Source of the DNA: Salinispira sp.
Lineage (GTDB): Bacteria > Spirochaetota > Spirochaetia > DSM-27196 > Salinispiraceae
Assembly (NCBI GenBank): GCA_965602015.1
Contig: OZ271918.1
Span: forward strand, 2,080,001-2,144,000
Length of the DNA stretch: 64,000 nt
Direction: 5' to 3'
Shown here: one piece after another, positions 56,386 to 64,000 of the stretch
Numbering within the stretch: the first letter of the stretch is position 1
Layout: every line of letters begins with the position of its first letter
Notes under the pieces: generated by a model
The model's input: the letters and a program-made list of their open reading frames with translations, nothing else
Told to the model about the DNA's origin: nothing
Database searches by the model: none
Made by a program: the position numbers and the translations under genes

Positions 56386-57624
56386 CTACTCAAAAAAATT
56401 CTTCAGCCAGTTTTTGAAGCCTCCGGGTTTTTTGATTTTGACTTCCCGGTGGAAGTCCCCGTTTAGCAAGGCCTGTTCGGCGGCCTGAAGCACCAGTCCG
56501 TATGCGGTGGCTCGATCCGGCCGGCACACTTCCTGGGTGAGGCCGTTTACCCCGAAGGGTTCGGCCATCCTGACGGCAGTGGGAAAAATGGACTGCGCCA
56601 GTTCAACGGTGCCCGGGAGCATTGCCCCGCCGCCGGAGAGCACAACGCCGCCCAGACTCTGCCAGTTGGTGAAGCCGGCCTCGCTCTCGACCCGCTTTTT
56701 AATCATTTCAAGGATTTCCGTCATCCGCGGCTGAATATAGCTGCACACCGTGTTCCGGTCCGTTGAAAGAGGCGGTCTGCCGCCGATTCCCGGAACGATT
56801 ACCGGCTCGGATCCTTCTTCCACCAGCGAGGCAAAACAGAATCCGTCCCGGATTTTGATTTTCTCAGCCTCTTCAAAGGGTATTTTGAGGATAATTGCGA
56901 TGTCGCTGGATACTTCCTTTCCGCCCAGGGGCAGAACCGTTGTGTAATGGGGAGCCCCGGAAAGAAACAGCAGGGCGTCGGTTGTCCCTCCGCCGATGTT
57001 GATAAAGAGGCTTCCGATGTCCTTTTCCTCGGGAGTCACTGACGCCCGGGCAGAAGCCAGGGACTCGTACATCAGTTCCTCGACCTTAAAGCCCGCCCGG
57101 TTTATACATTTTATCAGGTTCTGGGCTGCGGTAATTGAAGCGGTAATCAGGTGAACCTCGGCTTCCAGCCTCACGCCGATCATATCCCGGGGATCCTTTA
57201 CCCCGCGCTGCTCATCGACCAGGTATTCCTGGGGCAGCAGGTGGATTATCTCCCGGTCCATGGGCAGCACAACCGCCCTTGCGGCTTCCATAACCCGGTC
57301 GACATCGTTCTGGGTGATCTCCCGGCCTCGGCTGTTGACCGCAACGACCCCTCGGGAATTAATTCCCTCGATGTGGGGACCGGCGATGCTGGCGTACACC
57401 GATTCGACCTCCCGGCCCGCCATTTGTTCCGCCTTTTCGATGGCTTCGAGCACGGACTTTTGGGTGGCTTCGATGTTGATTACCACGCCCTTGCGCAGAC
57501 CGAGGGACGGGCTGACTCCTACGCCGAGGATTTCCAGCTGATCATTTTCGTTGAATTCACCGATTATGGCGCAGACCCTGGTGGTTCCGATATCGAGACC
57601 GACCAGAATATCACTGTTGGCCAT
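56386..57624 (-). CDS. ftsA: Cell division protein FtsA
   Basis: GLDIGTT, GVRLEAEVH, IGGGTT, amphipathic C-terminal FKNWLKNFF. Confidence 0.97.
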   Translation of the reverse strand: MANSDILVGLDIGTTRVCAIIGEFNENDQLEILGVGVSPSLGLRKGVVINIEATQKSVLEAIEKAEQMAGREVESVYASIAGPHIEGINSRGVVAVNSRGREITQNDVDRVMEAARAVVLPMDREIIHLLPQEYLVDEQRGVKDPRDMIGVRLEAEVHLITASITAAQNLIKCINRAGFKVEELMYESLASARASVTPEEKDIGSLFINIGGGTTDALLFLSGAPHYTTVLPLGGKEVSSDIAIILKIPFEEAEKIKIRDGFCFASLVEEGSEPVIVPGIGGRPPLSTDRNTVCSYIQPRMTEILEMIKKRVESEAGFTNWQSLGGVVLSGGGAMLPGTVELAQSIFPTAVRMAEPFGVNGLTQEVCRPDRATAYGLVLQAAEQALLNGDFHREVKIKKPGGFKNWLKNFFE

Positions 57625-58597
57625 CGCGTGCCCCCTCTCTGCTGTATACCACGTCGCCGGTCCTGAAATCAATCTCGCGGATACCGTCGAGTCCCCGGCG
57701 ATTCATCAGTTCCAGGACCTTCAGCATGTACAAACCCCGATCGCTGTCCAGTCCGGCGGAGGCCCGCAGCCTGACTGGCACATGAATGGGGATAAGAACC
57801 CATTCGTACACCCCGGGATAGGTCTCTTCAATGCAAAATTCGCTAAAGGCCCTCATTAACTGAGGGCTTGTGCTATGAAGCATTTGGATATCATCCATCA
57901 TCCGTGCATAGCTGTGATGTACCTTCGCCCCGGGACCGAATTCATCAAATTCCACGCCTCTGATAATCGGGAGATCCCATCTATCGATTTCCAGTCCGAT
58001 GCGGTAGACGACGCCTTCCCGGTCGACCAGGGCAGGCAGAATAACTCCCGCGCTTTCGACCATCAGTATGCCCATGGGCTCCCGGGCGCTGAGCTGAATT
58101 CTCAGGCCGTCTGGAAAGATACGGCGGACAGCGGCGCTGTGAATGTCCGGAAGGGCTTCGATGTTCGCGGCAACCCGGGCCTCATCGATCTGATAAAACT
58201 GTTTACCGGTGTATATTCCGCCCGCCCGTTTAAGCTCCTCGAGACCGATATCGACATTTCCCTCGACCTGAATGTTCCGCAGCGCCATGCGGGGCGAGAT
58301 AACCAGGTGAAACAGCAGCTCGCCGATGAGCACCGCAATGAGTATGACGATCACCGCGGTGAGAATACGGCGAAAGGTCCGTTCGCGGGTCTCCCGCCGA
58401 ACAGAAGCCTCCCCGCGGCCTTGTGCCTTTGATCTTTTGCCTGAATCCTTGGTGCTATTCTTCCGGGAGCCTCCGGGGGTCTCAATGCCGACGGGACCGC
58501 TGGCGCTTCTGCCATTCGGGTTTTCCCCCGGCCAGTCTGCTCCGGGCGGGGGTGCCTGGCGGCTCAGGTATCGAGGGTAGTTCAGGGAATCAGCCAT
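57611..58597 (-). CDS. ftsQ: Cell division protein FtsQ/DivIB
   Basis: One TM, POTRA-like domain (VRRIFPDGLRI), C-terminal IDFR; position ftsW-ftsQ-ftsA. Confidence 0.9.
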   Translation of the reverse strand: MADSLNYPRYLSRQAPPPGADWPGENPNGRSASGPVGIETPGGSRKNSTKDSGKRSKAQGRGEASVRRETRERTFRRILTAVIVILIAVLIGELLFHLVISPRMALRNIQVEGNVDIGLEELKRAGGIYTGKQFYQIDEARVAANIEALPDIHSAAVRRIFPDGLRIQLSAREPMGILMVESAGVILPALVDREGVVYRIGLEIDRWDLPIIRGVEFDEFGPGAKVHHSYARMMDDIQMLHSTSPQLMRAFSEFCIEETYPGVYEWVLIPIHVPVRLRASAGLDSDRGLYMLKVLELMNRRGLDGIREIDFRTGDVVYSREGARDGQQ

Positions 58598-59777
58598 AGC
58601 TGTGTTCCTCCACAGATCGGGCCGCAGGACTGTCGCTTTCAACGCCGACTTCCCGGTGATCTGCGCTCATTGAGAGATTCAACAGAATTCCCGATAACAC
58701 CATGGTCACCAGTAAATAGGAACCTCCGGAGGCGAAAAAGGGCATGGGGATCCCCGTCGCCGGTACGAGCCCGCTGACCACTGCCATATTTATCGCCGCC
58801 TGCACCACCAGGGCTGAAGTAATCCCGTAGGCCAACAGGCCTCGGAAGGCCGATCCCTGCCGGGCCGCGATGCGGTATCCCCGCCAGGCCAGCACGACGA
58901 ACAGGGCGATGACTCCCAAAACCCCGAACAGGCCCAGTTCCTCCCCGAGAACAGCAAATACAAAATCCGACTGGGCCTCGGGAAGCCCGCCGAGCTTTCT
59001 CACACCCTGCCCGATGCCCATGCCCCAGACTCCTCCGTTTCGCAGGGCGGACAGGGAGGCAAGGACCTGGAATCCCGCTCCGCTGGGGTCCCGTTCGGGT
59101 TCGAGGAAGGAAATCAATCTAATCACCCGATGCTCCCGGCTGAGAAGCAGGATGATACCCAACGGAATAACCACCAGTCCCAGGGCGATAAAGTGCCGCA
59201 TTTTCACACCAGCCACGTAAAACATGGTCAGGCTGATAAATGCCAGAAACATCGAGGAGGAAAAATCATTCTGAAGATAGATAAGGGCGACAAAGAGGAT
59301 AACAATAATAAACGGCGGCAAAAGGCTGTTTACCACATCGTCCAGGCGATCCTGCTTTTTACCGAGGATGTAGGCCAAATAGACGATGAGGGTGAGCTTC
59401 ACCAGTTCGGCGGGCTGAAAGGTGTAGTTTGCAACCGATATCCAGCGGCGGGCCCCAAGATACTCGACACCGATGCCCGGAATGAAGGTCATGACCATGA
59501 GAATTATAGACAGGAATATCATGAGGGGAATCAGTTTACCCAGGGCACGAACGGGAAAAAGCAGGGCCAGAACCGCCGCGAAGAAGCCCAGTCCGGCGTA
59601 TATGGCCTGGCTGCGAATAAAATGGAAGGGGTCGTTGAAAAGGAAATCAGCCCGGTAATACGATGCGGAAAAGAGCATGGCCAGACCGAGCCCGAGAAGC
59701 AGCAGCATGCTTGCCAGCAGTACGAGGTCGATCTGTTGTTTTTCCCGGGGCAGTTTCTCCGCCCGAATGGATCCCAT
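58590..59777 (-). CDS. ftsW: Peptidoglycan polymerase FtsW (SEDS)
   Basis: GARRWI, FQPAELVK, LPEAQSDF, EELG, PATGIPMPFFASGGS. Confidence 0.96.
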   Translation of the reverse strand: MGSIRAEKLPREKQQIDLVLLASMLLLLGLGLAMLFSASYYRADFLFNDPFHFIRSQAIYAGLGFFAAVLALLFPVRALGKLIPLMIFLSIILMVMTFIPGIGVEYLGARRWISVANYTFQPAELVKLTLIVYLAYILGKKQDRLDDVVNSLLPPFIIVILFVALIYLQNDFSSSMFLAFISLTMFYVAGVKMRHFIALGLVVIPLGIILLLSREHRVIRLISFLEPERDPSGAGFQVLASLSALRNGGVWGMGIGQGVRKLGGLPEAQSDFVFAVLGEELGLFGVLGVIALFVVLAWRGYRIAARQGSAFRGLLAYGITSALVVQAAINMAVVSGLVPATGIPMPFFASGGSYLLVTMVLSGILLNLSMSADHREVGVESDSPAARSVEEHSYG

Positions 59778-59785
59778 TTCCCTTC

Positions 59786-60865
59786 CTATTGAATCTTCAG
59801 GGTCGACAGCCCCAAAATTGCGAACAAGCCGCCGAGTATCCAGAACCGCTGAACAACCTTTGACTCGGACCAGCCTTTTAATTCGAAATGATGATGAATC
59901 GGCGCCATGAGAAAAACCCGCTTCCCGCGAAGCTTATAGCTGGCGACCTGGATGATTACCGACATGGTTTCGATGACAAAGACTCCGCCGACAATGATAA
60001 GAAGAAGTTCCTTTTTGATCATCAACGACATTGCCCCGATGGTGCCGCCGAGCATGAGGGAACCGGTATCGCCCATGAACACTTCTGCGGGATTGCTGTT
60101 GTACCAGAGAAAGCCAACGCTGGCTCCCACCATGGCAAAGGCCAGTATGGTGATTTCCCCTGCGCCCGGCAGAAAGGGTATGGCCAGGTATTGGGAAAAG
60201 TCGATGCGGCCGGTGAGATATGCGATTCCCCCGAAGGTCAGACCGACCATGATGCTCAACCCTGTGGCCAGACCGTCCAGTCCGTCGCTCAGGTTCACCG
60301 CATTGGTGAAGCCCACGAGCCAAAACACCCCGAAGGGGATAAACAGCCACCCCAGGTCGAGCACCGGGTTTTTGATCATCGGTATATAGAGCAGGGTGGT
60401 GAACTCGTTGCGGTTTACGTATAAGAGTACCATTATCGCGGTGCTGACAATGAGCTGCCCAGCCATTTTGACGTGGGAGGGCAGTCCGCTCTTGTTGCCC
60501 AGATACACTTTTATGTAGTCATCAATAAATCCCACGGCGCCGAAACCGAGAATCGACAGCAGGCTTATCCAGGTGTACAAATTCCTGGGATCCATCCAGA
60601 GAAAGACGGAAAACGCCGTGGAAAAAATAATCATCACGCCGCCCATGGTCGGGGTTCCCGCCTTTAAGGCATGGGAACTGGGACCGTCGCTGCGGATGCC
60701 CTCTCCGATATGCCGGTGCTTGAGAATATCAATTATCTGATGGCCGAAGAGAAAGGTTATGAGCAGGCTGGTCACCGCCGCATATGCCGCCCGGAACGAT
60801 ATGTACTGGAAAATGTTGAACGGCGAGAAAATGTCGACGAGGGGGTACAAAAATTCTTTAAACAC
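59786..60865 (-). CDS. mraY: Phospho-N-acetylmuramoyl-pentapeptide transferase
   Basis: KAGTPTMGG, GFIDDY, NAVNLSDGLDGL, FMGDTGS, APIHHHFEL; GTG start 60865. Confidence 0.98.
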   Translation of the reverse strand: MFKEFLYPLVDIFSPFNIFQYISFRAAYAAVTSLLITFLFGHQIIDILKHRHIGEGIRSDGPSSHALKAGTPTMGGVMIIFSTAFSVFLWMDPRNLYTWISLLSILGFGAVGFIDDYIKVYLGNKSGLPSHVKMAGQLIVSTAIMVLLYVNRNEFTTLLYIPMIKNPVLDLGWLFIPFGVFWLVGFTNAVNLSDGLDGLATGLSIMVGLTFGGIAYLTGRIDFSQYLAIPFLPGAGEITILAFAMVGASVGFLWYNSNPAEVFMGDTGSLMLGGTIGAMSLMIKKELLLIIVGGVFVIETMSVIIQVASYKLRGKRVFLMAPIHHHFELKGWSESKVVQRFWILGGLFAILGLSTLKIQ

Positions 60866-62354
60866 TGGGGTCATCTCCTGGGGCGTTCTGGGGAAACAAT
60901 TCATGTATCCGGGGGATAAGGCGTTCGAGGCCCATGCTTCTGGACCCCTTGAGCAAAACTACATCGCCGGGCTCGAGGATTTCCAAAAGCTGGGCTTGAA
61001 GATCTTCAATTTTTAAATGGGAACCGATGGGCACCCGGCGGGCGGCTGGTGAAGCATGCTGGTCGGCCGCATGGTCATTTTGAGCCCGGTAGAAATCTTC
61101 TCCGAGAAGCAGCAGGAAGTCCGGTTCGGCATTCAGGGCCGCCCGCAGGGTTTCCCGATGGGAGGCTTCGGCGAAGGCTCCCAGCTCCTTCATATCTCCC
61201 AGCACAAAGATGCGGCGGGACCCGGTCTTCTGATGGGTCGCCAGGTCCGCAGCGGTCGCAAAGGCGGCGGCCATGGAATCGGGGTTCGCGTTATAGCTGT
61301 CATCCAGAATATCGACGGCACCGGAAATAAGCACTCCCCTGCCTTGGGGAGGCCGGTATGTTTCCAGGCCGTTTTCTATCAGATGCCCATCGATTCCCAG
61401 TTCAGAGGCCAGGGCTATGACGCCGCAGGCATTGTGAATCATGTGCTTACCGCCGGCCGCCAGGACGTACTGGCGGCCCTCGTACATAAAGCGGCTTTCG
61501 CTTCCGGTACTTTCGATTAGACGGTAGCCGAACTCATCGCTGCAGCCGTAAAAACGCACCCGGCATGGCAGTGGATGGGCGTTGAGGTATTCCATGGCAT
61601 TAGGGTCGTCTTTGGGGATTAGCGCCAAATCTTTGGGGCCCATTGCCGAAAAAATCTGAAATTTTTCATGGGCTATTCCCTGCACGCTGCCGATGTTTCC
61701 GATATGGGCAGTCCCTATGTTGGTGATCAGGGCGATGTTTGGAAGGACCAGCTGAGCAAGGGTCGCCATCTCCCCCTTCTCGCTCATGGCCATTTCAAAC
61801 AGATAATAATCCGCCGTATCCGGGGCTGCGGCGAGGACCATCGGCAGGCCGATTACCGAATTAAAATTGCCGCTGCGGTAATAGCTGCTTCCCGCCAGCG
61901 AGCAAACCGACGCGAGCATATCCCGGGTACCGGTTTTGCCGTTGCTCCCGGTAATACCGATGCGCATGCCGCTTGTTGAATCAAGTCGGGCGGCGCCGGC
62001 CTGCTGAAGGCATACAAGGCTGTCGGATACCGGCACAAAAATCACCGGCTGGCTGCCCTGCGTGAGCTCGGGCACCACCGGCGATTCATCGCAATGCTCC
62101 CCCAGCCCGGCGGCTTCGAGGAGGGTTTGTTCGTGCGAAGCAAAATAGCCCTTATTGAGAACTATGGCTCGGGCCCCGGCTTCTATGGCCTGGGGAATAA
62201 ATCGGTGACCGTCGCTCCGCTCTCCCGGAAGGGCGAAGAATACAGATCCGGGGCCCACAGCGCGGCTATCTACAGCAAAATCCCGCCATTCGGGATGCTG
62301 CACAACCATCGAGATAAATTCCGCCTGTGAATATGCCACCGGATAGCCGGTCAT
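60858..62354 (-). CDS. murF: UDP-MurNAc-tripeptide--D-Ala-D-Ala ligase
   Basis: VDSR, GITGSNGKT, GNFNSVIGLP, DDSYNANPDS, LGDMKELG, KGSRSM. Confidence 0.95.
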   Translation of the reverse strand: MTGYPVAYSQAEFISMVVQHPEWRDFAVDSRAVGPGSVFFALPGERSDGHRFIPQAIEAGARAIVLNKGYFASHEQTLLEAAGLGEHCDESPVVPELTQGSQPVIFVPVSDSLVCLQQAGAARLDSTSGMRIGITGSNGKTGTRDMLASVCSLAGSSYYRSGNFNSVIGLPMVLAAAPDTADYYLFEMAMSEKGEMATLAQLVLPNIALITNIGTAHIGNIGSVQGIAHEKFQIFSAMGPKDLALIPKDDPNAMEYLNAHPLPCRVRFYGCSDEFGYRLIESTGSESRFMYEGRQYVLAAGGKHMIHNACGVIALASELGIDGHLIENGLETYRPPQGRGVLISGAVDILDDSYNANPDSMAAAFATAADLATHQKTGSRRIFVLGDMKELGAFAEASHRETLRAALNAEPDFLLLLGEDFYRAQNDHAADQHASPAARRVPIGSHLKIEDLQAQLLEILEPGDVVLLKGSRSMGLERLIPRIHELFPQNAPGDDPSV

Positions 62355-62386
62355 GTTCCCCTCCCCGAAAACATGAACACCTCTGG

Positions 62387-62665
62387 TCAGGAGTCGTCCT
62401 GTATTATATCAATCTGCGACCGGGGCGCCATTTCCATTCCCAGCTCCCGGGCTTCGTCAATAATCCGCCCGGGGCTTCGAAGGATGGAAATCCCCGTAAT
62501 CAGCCGTTTGTTTCGTTCAATCAGCTCAAGCTGCTGTTCTTCGGTCTCGGCGATCGTCTGCTCGAGCTCGTAATACCTGAATGCATACCACACATTGGTA
62601 AAAACTAACAGTGGCAGTGCCAGGACCAGCAGAGCCAGTATTGCGCCGATAATGCCTTTTCTCAT
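62387..62665 (-). CDS. ftsL: Cell division protein FtsL-like
   Basis: TM plus leucine-zipper coiled coil and LRSPGRI..AR.LGM; follows rsmH. Confidence 0.75.
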   Translation of the reverse strand: MRKGIIGAILALLVLALPLLVFTNVWYAFRYYELEQTIAETEEQQLELIERNKRLITGISILRSPGRIIDEARELGMEMAPRSQIDIIQDDS

Positions 62666-63612
62666 GCATCATGCCTGCTGTCCCGCAGCTTTTCCATTAC
62701 CCGGAATTTCGCCGAACGGGACGGGGGATTCTGAATTACCTCATCATCGGAAGGCCCGAGGGCCTTGCGGAAGGGCAGCTTCGCCAGAGGTTTGCCCCCA
62801 CATTCACACATCGGCATTTCCGGGGGGCAAATACAGCTCTTTGCATACTCCCGCATGAGATGCTTCACAATCCGGTCTTCCAGACTATGAAAGCTGATTA
62901 CCCCGATGCGCCCCCCGACCTCCAGTCTGGTAAAGGCGTTCTCAAGCGCCGGACGGATTCGGTCGAGCTCGGAATTCACCAGTATACGCAAGGCCTGAAA
63001 GCTCCTGGTGGCGGCGTGAATCCGGCCCCGCCGGTATTGGGCGGGCACCGCAGACTCGATGATTCCCGCCAGTTGTGCGGACGACAAGATATCCGATTCG
63101 GCCCTGGCCCGCACAATCGCCGAGGCGATGCGCCTGGAGTAGCGCTCTTCGCCGTAGTCGAAAAGAACGTGCATCAGCTCCCTTTCGGGTATGTCGGCCA
63201 GGACCGCTGAAAGCGGGCGGCCCCGCGAGGGATCAAGCCGCATATCGAGAGTTTCATCCTTCAGAAAGGAAAAACCCCGCCCGCTCTCGGCGTAATGGAA
63301 TACGGATATCCCCAGATCAAAGAGGATGCGGTGTGCCGGCTCCTCGAGGGGATAATCCGAGAAGAATTCATCGAAGTACATCAAAAAAAACTCAGAGCGA
63401 CCGTGAAAGCGCTTCAAACGCTCCTTGGCCTTGGCCATGATCTGGCTGTCGGCATCGATTGCCGCCAGCCTGACCTGCGGAAATGCGTTCAGGATTTTTT
63501 CCGAATGCCCGCCTTCTCCCAGGGTGCAGTCAATGAATATTCCGTCGGCATTTATCGGCTCCAGGTGTTCCAAGACCTCCCGGGGCATGACCGACGTATG
63601 CTGAATTTCCAC
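62662..63612 (-). CDS. rsmH: 16S rRNA m4C1402 methyltransferase RsmH (MraW)
   Basis: DCTLGEGGHS, DLGIS, LDMR, FQALRI.VN.EL, ISFHSLEDR, RSAK. Confidence 0.98.
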   Translation of the reverse strand: MEIQHTSVMPREVLEHLEPINADGIFIDCTLGEGGHSEKILNAFPQVRLAAIDADSQIMAKAKERLKRFHGRSEFFLMYFDEFFSDYPLEEPAHRILFDLGISVFHYAESGRGFSFLKDETLDMRLDPSRGRPLSAVLADIPERELMHVLFDYGEERYSRRIASAIVRARAESDILSSAQLAGIIESAVPAQYRRGRIHAATRSFQALRILVNSELDRIRPALENAFTRLEVGGRIGVISFHSLEDRIVKHLMREYAKSCICPPEMPMCECGGKPLAKLPFRKALGPSDDEVIQNPPSRSAKFRVMEKLRDSRHDA

Positions 63613-63620
63613 AAGCACTC

Positions 63621-64000
63621 CTAAAAGGAGACGAGCCCTCCCAGTTCTTCGGCTGCCTCTCTAAACTCATCTTCGGTTTCTTCGAAATACTTCTGATATT
63701 CCCCCAAATCCCATATTTCGAGGTATTTCTCGATGCCAAGCACCATGCACTCCCGCTGAAGACCGACGGACTCCGCCAGGGTAAGGGGGATGTTAAGCCT
63801 CCCCGCCTTGTCCAGCTCGATTTCCTGAGCCGGCGCGATTATCCGCCTCTGCAACAGCCGGGCCCGTTTTTGGAAGGGACTCGCCGCTTCCATCAGACTT
63901 GAGGCCAGACTGCGCCATTCTTCCGGGGGGAACAGCCACAGGCAGCGATCGACCCCTCGAGTGATAACCAGTGAGTTACCCGGGATTGCGCTTCTCAATC
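63621..64000 (-). CDS. mraZ: Division/cell wall regulator MraZ, 5' end outside the window
   Basis: ITRGVDRCLWLF, ELDKAGRLNIP, YLEIWD; upstream of rsmH. Confidence 0.93.
   Translation of the reverse strand, partial: LRSAIPGNSLVITRGVDRCLWLFPPEEWRSLASSLMEAASPFQKRARLLQRRIIAPAQEIELDKAGRLNIPLTLAESVGLQRECMVLGIEKYLEIWDLGEYQKYFEETEDEFREAAEELGGLVSF

Overview
This 64-kb window is core chromosome from a spirochete, probably a free-living Spirochaetales member. The taxonomic call is inferred from FlbB, FliY, the FlgE type, the Treponema/Borrelia-like gene order and moderately high GC. Left part (1-16.4 kb): partial MrfA/YprA-type helicase, glgC, a Na+/bile-acid-family symporter, a NUDIX enzyme, nnr, a lipoprotein, secA, a LysM/M23 peptidase, a class B PBP and a Maf-type (DUF115) protein. 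Right part (16.4-64 kb): one co-oriented minus-strand run of mraZ-rsmH-ftsL-murF-mraY-ftsW-ftsQ-ftsA-ftsZ-xerD-deoC-TPR-dprA-xerC-hslVU-flgBC-fliEFGHIJ-flbB-fliK-flgDE-flbD-motAB-fliLMY-fliOPQR-flhBAFG-flgV-fliA-fapA-hyp-swrB-like, ending in a degenerate cheA-like gene. I found no CRISPR array, rRNA, tRNA, IS element, prophage or recognisable defence island, and no clearly new multi-gene system. The most interesting signals are small-scale: a symmetric pair of back-to-back leaderless promoters (secA/lipoprotein), a hairpin occluding the flgB ribosome-binding site with a sigma28-like promoter inside it, a FliF-C-terminus-like motif on FlgV, a Ser-type lysinoalanine site in FlgE, a CTG start for fliO, a probable pseudokinase CheA and an unannotated 41-aa secreted peptide. 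All assignments come from motif recognition by eye; no searches were run.
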